Source of the DNA: the human T2T-CHM13v2.0 reference genome, Homo sapiens
Length of the DNA stretch: 64,000 bases
NCBI RefSeq assembly: GCF_009914755.1
Contig: NC_060926.1
Direction: 5' to 3' (one strand)
The notes below the pieces were generated by a model that saw only the letters and a program-made list of their open reading frames with translations, was not told where the DNA came from and searched no databases. Shown here piece by piece: positions 42,348-55,048 of the stretch. The first letter of the stretch is position 1. Each line of letters begins with the position of its first letter. The translations under genes and the position numbers were made by a program.

Positions 42348-43766
42348 TTGATGCTTTGATCTGGAAGAAAGAAATATCAAGAGTTTCTATTCACAACATA
42401 AAGAAAATAAAATGTTTTTAGATATTTTTAACTCTTTCAGGTGTATAGCTTTGTCTGCATCTGGCCTTCTGCACAAAAGTATCTCAAGTGAACTTACACT
42501 CTGGATACCATTTTCCAAACTTGAAGGAGTAATCAAGTTCTTAATTATCAGGGTGCTTGTTATTTAGTTGAAGATTACACACATGTCTTCTGCTTCAAAC
42601 AACTACCCCAAATTTGCTAGTTTTATACATATTAGCTTAAAAACAAGAGAAGCCAAAGATTAAGTAAGTGAATTGTGTTAAAGATTGCCTGAAAACATTT
42701 GCTAAGGGGAGAATAAAACTAAAACTGTGGAGTATAAAGGATGTTGGAATTAAACATTTTTAAGTACTTTTTCTTTTGCATCTGATCGACTGAAGTTATT
42801 ATAAAGAAGGAATCAAGTATGTAACTTTAAATTCTAGGTAAACATCCAAATTACTTTCTAAATTCATTTCCAAAATTCTCCTGTGCTGGCAGTTAGCTAC
42901 TAGAGATCATCATTTGATTTTGTAGTTTGCCATGTTCTGAGTGAGTTCAGCTGCTTACTACTACCCATGTCATTGTGTTTGTATTGATTGCCTGGCTCAG
43001 TTATCTCATGTTCTTCATGAACTATATACACATTTTCATTGTCTTTAAACAATACTGAGTTTTGAAGTTAAGTAGAATATTGTAGGGGTTATCAGAAACC
43101 CATATTCATTGTGGTATGTTTCTGTCTGATACTTTAATATTGGTAAATATAGTTTTTGACATTGCATTTTACAATCCTATTGTTTTTTAGAGTGATGAAA
43201 GTTCAAGTTTTAAGAGAAGTGGTTGCCTTTCTCATACTGTCAAACATATTTCTTCTTTATTATACTCTGGTGCTTTATCCTTCTCCATAATTCTCTATTA
43301 TTACTTATTTTAAATGTTTTCCCTATCACATTGAAAAACTTAAATGTCCGTTCTCCATTTGAAAATATGCCAAAAGTATGATCCCATGTAAATATGCAGA
43401 AACGATTGCTATGAAAATGTCAGCATAGTTTAAATGTATTACTCTGATGATTACAGAGATTTCTTCAAGTTGTTCGTGTTAAGATGCATCTTAAACATGA
43501 TCTCAGTTCCTTAAAAAATGATAAAAATTTTTCATGTATATTACATATCTACCTACCAGAAATCCTTTTTACAATTTTATATACAATCATTTTAAGACCT
43601 TTTTGAAATAAATAATGCAAATGAACTAAAATAAAGTGTTCTCTTGATTTCTGAAGAGGTATTCATTAATTATCATAGTAGCTGCTGATATACAAGGATT
43701 CTTTCTAAAGTTTAAAAGGCAGCTAAACAAAATAAAGTCTAGAGACCAGAAATAAAGACACAAACT

Positions 43767-43772
43767 TTTATT
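43767..43772 (-). terminator. Likely ERMN poly(A) signal AATAAA (second copy at 43798-43803)
   Basis: TTTATT on +; the downstream - strand is U/GU-rich (TTTGTGTCTTTATTTCTGGTCT); implies a 3'UTR of about 2.65 kb. Confidence 0.65.
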
Positions 43773-44222
43773 GAGAGTAAGTCAGACACAGCAGTTCTTT
43801 ATTTAAATTGTGGATAGTTTGGTAGGTAGGGGGAGAGAGAGATGGTAGCAAATTCTGTGCCTTCAATGTAGCATTATATGAAAGGTAGATTTTATATTGG
43901 CAGAGAAATAGAGCTATTATTAGTTTCTATTTATCTAGCAACAGAGGAAAACAAAAAATCATGTAAGAAATACCAGCATTTGCACAATAAATTAATTCTC
44001 CCTCTTCCCTGGTACCAGAGTCCTTACCACCCCTGAACTTTGAATCACAAAAGCTCAAGTAAACCTTCATGTGTAGCTACCAGTTTGTGTTCTTAATCAT
44101 GTTCCCCCTGAGTTTCAAATATGTTAAAAATCCCCCATGCAATCTGAATCAGACCTTTGTCTTTCCTAGGTTACAAAGACTCAAATGGCCAACCATCACC
44201 ATTATGTTACCTGAGGTCACTT

Positions 44223-44267
44223 AACTCTGTGGCTTTCAACTCTGTGGCTTTCAACTCTGTGGCTTTC
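44223..44267. repeat. 15-bp unit x3, perfect, in the ERMN 3'UTR
   Basis: (AACTCTGTGGCTTTC)3. Confidence 0.95.
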
Positions 44268-46410
44268 GTGTAAGATGGCGGTATAGGGCCATGGACACCA
44301 ATGCCAAAGAATAGTTTCAGGGTTTTTTTGCAAAAACATTGTGTCATCCATGAACATGAAGCATTTACCAACTAAACATACCCTAAAATAGTTTCTGTTG
44401 ACTAAATCTTTCATAGTTCATTCATTGTCTGGTGAGAGCACAGAGCTAAGAGGACCAGCGTTAGCATATATTAGAGTCCCTTAAGAGGTACTTGCTTTGC
44501 CGTGCCACATAACCATAGGTCACCCACCTCTAGTTCTACAGGAATCCATCATCTCTGTTGGAATAACTCAAAATACAGGCTCTTGATGGTAGGTTAAAAA
44601 CATGGTCCTGTTATGTGATAGATAACACAATACTGTGTTTTGAAGTTAAGTCGAAAATTGTAGGGGTTATCAGTAACCTAGAAAAGAAAACAGCTTGTCC
44701 ATGTAGAAAGATTAGAGGATCTAAATTAAATTGGAAATTGTCCTATTGCATCAATCTTCTCCCTAACTTTATCAATAAAGACCTGATTTCCCTCACTTTA
44801 TTCTGGAAACTGATATTGTAACACATGAAATCCATAGGTTGTATAGAATGAGGGTAACAGAACTTTTATGTTATCTGTTTGAAAGAATGAAAGGAGCACT
44901 GTAATCCTGAATTCAAATTGGAGTCTTGTAAACAACTAAATAATAGTATGTGATACTATGGAAATATAATATATGACCCGGAAGGATTAAAGAAGTTGTC
45001 ATTAGAATATGTGGGATTTATGTTACACATAAATAAGCAGTCATCTAAGAGGACTAACATGGAGTTTTTCACAAAATGAAAAAGAAAGAAACAAAGGGTT
45101 GAATAGTACAATGAAGACTGTATTACATTCAGACAATAAGGAATTGTCTTTTTATTTGCAGGGCAAAACAAAATCTTTATCTGTGGTGATAGAAAGTTCA
45201 GGGTAATATATATGGAAGCATGAAATGAAAAATTGTGGAACAAACTATCTAAGAATATAAATATAGTCTCTCTTTTCATAAATATTCAATACGTTATTTG
45301 ACACATTGGTTTGAGTGAAGCTCCACAAGTACAATTTTAAGCATCTTGATTTGGGCTGAGGTCCAGTAAATTATATATTCCCAACAACTATCAGAGCTCT
45401 CCCACTAAAAATACATGCTCACGCTCTACTTTGAAAATATTCTAAGATAATTATTTCCATTTTCATAGTAACTAGTACAGTTATGACTAGCATTCTCTCA
45501 GGTTTCTAAGGAAAGAAAATTATTCTGAGATACTGTTAATAAGAGAAAATGTGGTAATAGAGAGGGGCATTTTCTTAAAATTGTGCTAAAGCTGTCATTT
45601 TTATTTTTAATGACTTTAACTGTGCTAGACAAGATTTTATTTTCAGCCACAGAAATAAAACTATCCAACATAACTCTTTAGTCTGCTGCCCACCAATCTT
45701 CTAGCCCCTCCCAGTGTCAACCTCACAATGGGTTTAATTCAGTTTGAAAGCATAAAGGCAACATTTAGCAAACAGAATTATCCTGACTGACAATTGCTCA
45801 TCTCCCTCTGAGAGAAGATTCAGTGAATGGTAACACCTAGGAAGGAGGGCTATAGAATGTTTTCTCTGTAGATGCCAAGGAAAGCCACTTAACATATTGT
45901 TTGGTGATAATAGAAAAGGCACAGAATTTTGGAAGGCTTATTGCCAGAGTCTGCAAAATCAAGTTTAAAAGTAAGAGAGGTTTTAATACCAGACTTTCCA
46001 TCACTCCAATGTACAGGAAGAAAGATACCAAAAGAAATACCAGAATCATTTCAAATAGTCCCCTCAAATAGTCTCATTTGATGACTACCTTTCCAAGCAT
46101 TGCTACATTTATAGCCGAATTATGCCAGATTCCCCCAGGGGACTGACTGCTTAGTGCTTATCACACAATGCTATATTAGTGAAGTTTTAAAAGATAAATG
46201 CCCAAGAATTTATTTAAAGCTTTTTGATTTGAGGTTATCAGACTGAATTTTTATCTAGGGTTATTTCCACATTATTCTACAGTGAAAAAGAGAGTCAACT
46301 TCCACCTCCCTCCAAGTGATAACTCAAATAAGGCATAGAAATATGCACCCTGGGGCAATAGAATTAGCTTTTCCTTTAGTGGGCATGAGAATTTCTCAGT
46401 TCCAGTTAGT

Positions 46411-46931
46411 TTATAAATGCATCATAGACTCGAATTCATCAATTCTTTGCTTGGTATTTCCCTTTCTGATTTTCCGATAGGATATTGTATTGTATCTGGA
46501 ATAAGCATTTCTGGAGATATCACTCTTCTTCCCTAAGGTTGGCTGCTCATCAGGTGTCACAGCTTGGGAACTGGCACTGCTCAGTGGGGAGTCCTCACTT
46601 GCATCACCTTCCTCTTTAAATTGAGAAACCTCTTCATGTTTTTTCTTAAATTCTATCACTCGAACTTCATCTTCATCATTATTGCAATTATCATCATCAT
46701 CATCATCAATTTCTTCATCCCAAACCTTCTGCTCCTCATCATGTTTAGAATGTAACATGTCAGCTTGGCTAGGTTTTCGAAATCCCAGCCATTCAATTTC
46801 AGCTGCCTGGTGACCTTTGTTCTTCCTGTCCTCATCTTCTTCCTCTTTGAGAGGCTGCTCAGTAATCCTCTCCTTCTGTCTTCTTATTTCCTGGTTACTG
46901 CCACTCAGAGGAATCTTCTCCCACTGATGCC
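46411..46931 (-). CDS. ERMN: Ermin last coding exon (521 bp): acidic tract and ERM-type actin-binding tail
   Basis: CAG|GG CAT CAG TGG...; ends [22 protein letters not shown], homologous to the ezrin/radixin/moesin C-terminus. Confidence 0.97.
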
Positions 46932-47365
46932 CTGTAGCAAAATCAATTGGTAGATGAGATGTGTAGAGATTCCAAAATACCCAGCCATTAGTCTGTTATT
47001 CTCCAAATAATTTTTCTTGCTAATCACTTCCCAACACATGTTTTATGGGATATGATTCTGTGGGTTACCAATATGTTTTGCACAAACAGGCTACACAGCC
47101 AAATTAATTTCAAAAACACTGCATTAAATACAGTTAAATAAGCATCTTCAGAATTTTTACAAGCCTTTGAAATGCTAACGAGTATTGTAAATCTGTAAGA
47201 AAGTCAACAACCTAACTTCATTTGTCTATGGAACTCTGTTGTGGACTACTGTATTTAGTGAGACTGGTGTTCCCTGAGACACACTTAAAAAAAAAAATTC
47301 TTGTCTAGCCAGTCACAACTGGATACGTGCACATGTAAAAGGAAATGTTTGGACTTATCTTTTTC

Positions 47366-47381
47366 TCACACATACACACAC

Positions 47382-47413
<32 letters not shown>
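47366..47413. repeat. (CA)n microsatellite, interrupted
   Basis: Directly visible. Confidence 0.92.
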
Positions 47414-49091
47414 CTCAAGGAAAATTAGAAAAATACTTCAGAAAGAAAAAAATGCTCGTTTCCAATACTGAAAATGATGACTGTCCATGTCTGGTCACTT
47501 TTCAAACAGCTAGATCATACCAACATACCCTCAACAATATTTATTGAATATGGTAAGAATTAATTATAAGGAAGCTGAGGTTGTTCTCTGAGCCTTCAGC
47601 CCTGCAAGGCTTCTGTGGGAAGTTTCAGTCTGTGGTGTACACAACTCAGAAATCTGTCTGGGTTACACCCCTTGTCAGGCCTGAGTTCACCATTTTCTTT
47701 TGACACCGTGAGAGTCTATAAGTAAGGTGAGAGGCAATGTTCCTCTTTGTCTTTTTCCTCCACAATATTCTACTCTCTCCGAAAGATGTTCACAATTCCA
47801 TTTTCATCCAAGGTGTTCAGTTCTCTTATTTTTTTGTTGTTTTCTCACTCTAGGGAATACATAGTAAACTTACAGAGATAGAAGTAAAGATGGGTGATCA
47901 CCCTAATTTGTTACACACAGCTGCTATCAGGTCGCTAGTGTCCCGTCAATGTTCCTAACATTATCCATAAATACACATTAGAATGTTTGCCATAATCTTA
48001 TGCTTTGTTTTATTTTGTTTTCCACAAGAACCAAAGTAAGTGATATTTTGTTTATATTCATGACTCAGCCATGAGATTGTCACATATAAAATTACTCCTT
48101 GAATTTAAATTATAGTTTTTCCTCAATATTTTTAGCATCTTTATATGTTTTAATCCAGTAACATTCTTTTTGAAGATTTTATAGCTGTTTGCCACTGTGA
48201 AGATAAAACACACCAAAATCTGTGCCTCTATTATGGAGGAAAAACATACTCCATCAAACAGGAAAGGATTCATTGAGGGAAAACTTAACCAGCGAGACCA
48301 TCTAGCTGAAAACTACAGCCTGCTTTCATTCTCCATTTGATGAAAATGAAAGATCTAGACAACTGTTACCTGCAATGGACTCCTGATCAAACATTTGAAA
48401 GGGGCTCTAGATGATAGGAGGTTGAGATTCTGCCTCTGAGAACTTGTTACATTGGAAGCAGAATAATTAGGGCAAAGAGGTTATTAAGTTCATATTGTGA
48501 AGTCTTAAGTCTTAAAAATTATCTCTGGTAATGTGACAGCTTGACACTGTCTATTGCTTGCTACATATTTCCTTAAGTGTTGCTACACTGCTAAGCAGAC
48601 ATAGTATGAGAGGTGTTCAGGCAAAGGGAGCAGATGTAGGAAATAGCCAATCACATTCCTGTCCTCCTTGACATCTACTATTTTATGTGATGTTCTAATA
48701 TTTCAACCAATAGTCTCTTCAATATTTTGCCTGTTAAAGTCCTAACAAAGCTAAATTGGTTAGGTTTAGCAAGCTGACTTCAATTTGACATAAGATGTGT
48801 ATGGCTGCAAGAGAGGAAAGAAATGATTAATTAATAGATTTTATCCTACACTTTATTTGGGAACTGTTTAAATGTAGGTGTCTTAGAAAAATCTAAAGGA
48901 TTTTGTGTCTCTTAGTCTATTAAGTTTATTTAAAATTTAACATAATCACTTCAATGTTCTTTTTATTCTTCCATTTTCTTAAAGAACACAATTAAAATTA
49001 ACTTTATCACCCTGTCTTTCTTTGACATGAAATAGTTAACAATTTTGTATTTACATTAGAGGCCTATAAAGTAAATCATTTCGTGAGATTA

Positions 49092-49428
<337 letters not shown>

Positions 49429-49809
49429 GCTGTATGTTAATTGTAGACTTTTAGGAAAGACCCGTTTTTGAAACATTTACCTTTCACAAGGTGCACACAC
49501 AGATTTGGACACACCAAATCAAAAAGTAGGGTTGACTCAGTGGACTAACTTAAGAGATAGACATCACGTTGGTATGCCAATCAGCTATGCCATTCCATGC
49601 AGCCTCAGCCTTGAACAGTCTGGAATGCTTTATAAGGTGGAACCCACAGATAAGTTAAGACTCTCTTATCTGCCTACAGCAGCTTTGAAAATTTGAAGTC
49701 ATTGCCTGGATTGCTTTGTCAACCCCACGCTCATGCAACATTTCATGGAAAGACTGTCATCCATACTCAGTCAAACAATTTCTGTGTACAAAACTGTAGT
49801 TCTTGTTAC

Positions 49810-49902
49810 CTTCTCTGAATGTCATTTCATCAGCACTAGTTTCTTGGAGAGAAAGATCTGTGATAGCCTTATGAACAATAAAGAGTTTCTCTTCTGGGTT
49901 TT
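49810..49902 (-). CDS. ERMN: Ermin middle coding exon (93 bp)
   Basis: TAG|...|GTAAC; [31 protein letters not shown]; phase 1/1. Confidence 0.95.
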
Positions 49903-50541
49903 CTAGGAAAAAAATATAAAATCAGTATTTTAACATTTAAAATATTTATTGTTCAACAGTTAATAAGTTATCAATTTAAACTCTAGGTAGAAGTCTTTAA
50001 TTTTAAATCTGATCATTAAAATTTACTATTTCACTCTTTGGATTCATTCTTTATCAATTCAATTTATTTACTTAATGATCACTTTATTGATTGTAATCTC
50101 TCCTTTAATATTTATATAAGATATATATATAAGATATAGAACCATAAATTCAGAGAACTTCAGTTATATTTAGAAGGAAATTTTAACATTTTGAATTCTC
50201 TTTGTTCAAATAATATGGGGCTGTCCATAATCATAATAAATACAGTAGTTAACATTTAGCCAATACTTACCCTAGACTTGTAGTTATTATTATTATTCCG
50301 CCTTCTTCTAGTGAAAAAAACTCAGGCTTCGGGAGACAGAAAGTTGTCTGGGGTCACAGCTGTCAAATAGACCAGCCTGGATTTCACCAGAGGCAGAGGT
50401 TTAGTCCTTATACTATGCGTAGTAGAATAAAGGGCTACATTTTTGGGGTGTCCAGCTCATTTCGATAATAGTTTATCAAAAAAATCCAGGGTAAATTTAT
50501 AAGTCAAAACAAGAAAATTAAGGAGAAGGGAAACACTTTAC

Positions 50542-50782
50542 CTTTTAGCATTTTGTCCTCCATGGATGAGTTGAGCAGCATGTTCCCTTGTAATTTTCTT
50601 CTTTCCTCCTGACTTCCTTTGGTGAGTGCACCTTCCAGACTGGGTTCTACCCTGTAGTGTGGCAGGGGGCTGTCCACATCAGTCAATTCCTCACTGATTT
50701 TAGTGATTGTTTGTTGACCGTTTTCAGGTGGTTTATCCCCATTACACTCAGCCTGGGTAAATGTAGCCGGAACATCTGTCAT
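50542..50782 (-). CDS. ERMN: Ermin first coding exon of the 284-aa isoform (extends to an acceptor at 50814 in the long isoform)
   Basis: [24 protein letters not shown]...MEDKMLK|GTAAAG; 241+93+521=855 nt = 284 aa + stop. Confidence 0.96.
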
Positions 50783-50869
50783 GATGTGCGGTTGAATCCG
50801 ATCTGGAGAGAGAGCTTTAGGGAAACTGAGTGAGTAGATCCTTGATAAGATACCTGCTCTTGCCTTCAA

Positions 50870-51420
50870 GTCCTATAGTTCCAACTCCTACTCTAAGAGC
50901 ACAAATTATTCACTTTAGTACATAATAACAAGGTTCTTTTCCTAAAAGTATCCAGACAGAGATTAGAGCAAAAGCAAGAGGATTTGTCAGATCTGCCAGG
51001 AGCCATGAGCAAGAATCCAGCCAATCACCACCTTCTTTGTTGCTTGCCAGTTCCCTGGCAGAGTTAAAGGCATCCTTTTGATTTACATAAACAAACAATC
51101 TGAAGCAATCAGGCTTTTGTGTTGGCATGTAGAGAGGGACTTTCAGCTTGTCAGTCCCCCTCTGGGAACAGAGATTTTTGTCCCTTTTCATAATGGCCCA
51201 TTGTAATTTTCCCTGTAACAGGAGCCACAATTGTCCCACAGCTTTAATCCAGAGAGAATGACCACCTTGAGGCATATTAGTTCTGTGTAACCAGCTTAAC
51301 ATTTCCAAACAGATTTTGTTCAAGTAAAACCTCAGCTATTTTGTAAAGGACAATGGCATTGTTTCTTATTTATTAAAAAATAAAACAGCTTATGGAAAAA
51401 ACCTATAAACAGGACAACTT
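50870..51420 (-). promoter_or_regulatory. Candidate proximal ERMN promoter with SOX-type motifs
   Basis: Repeat-free region directly upstream of the main exon; AACAAT, CATTGT, CACAATTGT, ACAATGGCATTGT. Confidence 0.45.
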
Positions 51421-52539
51421 TACTGTAAATGGTTCTGGCTGCAGATTTGATGGTGTGCTTCCAGCAGGCTGGAGAAGGGACCTATGAAATAAACAAATTC
51501 TACCAACTTGCTAATACCAAAAGTTTTATAATTTCAGAGTAATTTACTTAGTCTATAGCTTCTTATCCTCTAGTTTATGTCTGCTGAAGCCCAGCCGATC
51601 CTTTAAAACCCTAATAAAATTATCGCCATGAAGGTTTCTCCTCCCCCAATCAGAATTACAATCCTTTCTATTCCATACTGATATTACACAATGCTGGTAA
51701 AATGTAGAGGACCAATGCAATCTGCCCTTGGGAGAAACAGGTGATTATGTTAAATGACTGCTACTGACCACCCCTTCCTTTTTAAATCTTTTTCTTTTTT
51801 GGATTTCTCATAGTACAAAATGGTTCCAGAGCCTTTGCCCACACAGCTCCTTCTATGTGAAATGCCCTTCTCTTCCTCAAGCCCAAGCCCTGGGCTGACC
51901 AGCTTCCCTAAGTTCTGTTTTTAAGCTTAAATATCATCTCCTTAACTACACTATCTCTAACCGCCAGGATTAGGACAGGACTCTGTTACACATTGTCTTT
52001 GCCCTTCAGAGTATTCTTCATGGTTGTAACTAAATAAGCAACTGCACAATTATCTCTGTAATGTCTGTTTCACCAACTGCAAACTAAGTTTCATCTGGCG
52101 AGGGGCCAGTTTAACTTGCTTACATGTGTCCCCAGCACTTAGCATCTGGCTTGGAATAGTAGCACGCAATAAAAATAATTATATATATACACATATATAC
52201 ACAAATAATTATATATATACACATACATAACAAGAATTATATTATATATATAATATATACAATAAATTTTATCCCCAAGAGAATAAATTTCAGATCATTT
52301 TTAAAGAGAAGAAGAATAGGTGTTGAAGAGTTGTAGTAAGCATATCACCTTTAAAAGTGTGTCTAGGGCTGAGCCCATTCAGGTCTATATCAGGGACAAC
52401 ACCTCACTCTTGTATAATCCCCTCTCCCTTGTCCTTGGAAGACATCTCTAATAGATCCTAGATCTCCCTCCCGCGTCATCACCAGCTGTTCTCTAGTCAG
52501 CACTCTAATTCTATGTTTGTTTGATTGTTTAACTGTTTT

Positions 52540-52726
52540 AACAAACGCTCATATCACACTTATTATGTGCAAGCTACTGTCCTAATTGACTCATAAATAG
52601 TAATACACTTACTCTTCATAACAGTCTTCTGAGGTAGGTGCTGTTGTTATCTCCATTTTATAGACTAGAAAAATGAAGTGCAGAGAGATTAAGGAGTTCA
52701 GCTAGTAAGGTCACAGAGCCAGCAAG
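52540..52726 (-). mobile_element. MIR SINE, sense to ERMN
   Basis: Minus strand ...TAAAATGGAGATAACAACAGCACCTACCTCAGAAGACTGTTATGAAGAGTAAGTG... aligns to the MIR core. Confidence 0.8.
52613..52619 (-). CDS. ERMN: Coding part of the ERMN alternative upstream exon (ATG AAG A|), giving [13 protein letters not shown]+ (297 aa)
   Basis: Donor AGA|GTAAGT; in frame with acceptor TTTCCCTAAAG|CT at 50814; matches my recollection of the long-isoform N-terminus. Confidence 0.8.
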
Positions 52727-53589
52727 CCTACTGATGAGAGTTTGCAGCACAGATGAAGCTAAGCGCCATCCCTGGCCTGTGTGCAGATGTTTCCTTGGAC
52801 CAGAGATCCCACAGGGGTTCGGCATTAGCACCTTGGCAGTAGAGACAGTTGTGGCCAGGAGAGGGCAGCAGAGAGCCTAAGGCAGTCTCAAGACCTGCCC
52901 CAGAGACACCCTGCAGCTGCTGAGGATGATGTTCTGGGAGCGTCCTCCCAAGAAATTCAACTACAAGCTTACTGTTGAGAAGATATTGAGTGGAATCATA
53001 TGGGAGAATGCAGAAACTAAGACCAAGCTTAGGAACAAATGGGGACATACTAGATTGTGAGATCCTTAGGGCAGGAAGTGGCACTAATTCAACCAAATGC
53101 CCTGCGATAAACACAGGAGTACAGAAATACATTAGCTCCAAAGGTCATGCCTCCAATCACTCCGTTCCCTCGGGGCTGCCAAGTACCTCAATCCAGGGAC
53201 ATAGCAAAGTTGAGACAGTTCAGATTCATTGTCTCTCCTACTCCTAGATTTCTATTACCCCATGGCAACGGGCACCTCATACCCATAGCCTAGCTTTTAT
53301 GGGAATTCGTGTCTTTATTTTTGGATTGCCTTCTTTCTAAAACCATGCTGTGACATTTTTTATGGCCTTAAAATTATTTCAGTTTTGGAAAGATAGAGAA
53401 ATGATCCAGAGTTCTGTCATCCTTGGCTAACCATGTGTTTACATTTATTTAAAAACATGCTTTTATGCTGCCCTAGGGAATAATGGAGGTCGGGTAAATG
53501 GTTTGTAACGTGTATTATTTTTTCCTACAAGTAGACGGCAACATGAGACACATTTAGCAACAAGATGAGTCTATCCAACTACTAGATAA

Positions 53590-54056
<467 letters not shown>

Positions 54057-54444
54057 CCTAGTTATTATTCTTAATGCTAAAGGACATTGTACAAATGTAA
54101 CCATTATTAAATCTAAAGCCAAAAAAAAGGTAATGAAAAGATTTTCATATAAGAATATAAAGAATCAAAATAAAATTATGTAAATATTCACTTTCCATTT
54201 GTCCAATACCAAATGCTTAATGTTAAGGCTATCTTAGGTCCAGAATCAGGATTTGGGGAAAAGTCATAAAATCTTGATCTTTAATCTTAATCATATGTGA
54301 AAAGCCAAGCCACAAGCTAATGTTATGGCTAAGAGATGGTCACAGAGCACTGAATAAAAACAAGAAATACATTTAAAAGAAAAATGTTGATCCTGGCAGC
54401 TTGAAGCCAATCTTAAACAAACATTGACTTACATAGTTGGGACA

Positions 54445-55048
54445 GGGGTATTGTTTCAATTAGGGTTGGAAGGGAAAGGCAGAACCACTAAGAGATGGAG
54501 CAATCCATCTATCAATCGATCAATTGATTGATCAATCAGAAGGGATTTGACTTTACACAATGGTGGGTGCCAGTGAAGCTGCCTCTATATGTCTGCTGTT
54601 GCATTTGATGCTGGAGCCTGAAGTCTGCAGGGCAGGAAGTTGGGAAGGGATGATGGATAGAAACTTAAAGGGGGAGAGCAAGAACAAACTGGGTTCCCAG
54701 GTATAAGCTGGACACACGGGGGCAAACTGAAACCCGCGTCGGCTCTCAGTGCCTCTGACCTTAGCGGTTGGAATGCCCTCCCAAAGAAGCCCGGCCCAGG
54801 ATCATAGAAGCTGGAGGAAGATCCAGGGAGGTGGAACAGTTGCAGGCCCAGCTGCTGCCCATGCACCAGGTGAGGCAGCAGACGGGCAGCAGTGTGTGCC
54901 AGCTACAAAATAGCTGCTTCACTTCCGCCCCACCAAGCTCACAGAACAATGTTTACTTTGGCTCACGTTTCTTTTTCAGGAATCATTCAGGAAAGAAAAT
55001 TCAGGGAAATTTAGTTTAGCCTAGTCAGACTGACATACAACAGTCACA
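54445..55048 (-). mobile_element. Old MLT-type LTR
   Basis: ATTAGGG...AGAACCACTA start; end CCTAGTCAGACTGACATAC...TCACA. Confidence 0.55.

Noticed and set aside
45873-45888. GCCAAGGAAAGCC resembling the hnRNP A2 response element
   Set aside because: On the + strand, antisense to ERMN mRNA, and imperfect
50783-50869. 29-codon N-terminal extension from a TTG start
   Set aside because: Non-AUG start; part of the open frame is explained by the spliced long isoform
50910-53247. 137-aa ORFs upstream of ERMN
   Set aside because: No recognisable homology or splice support; they lie in promoter or repeat sequence
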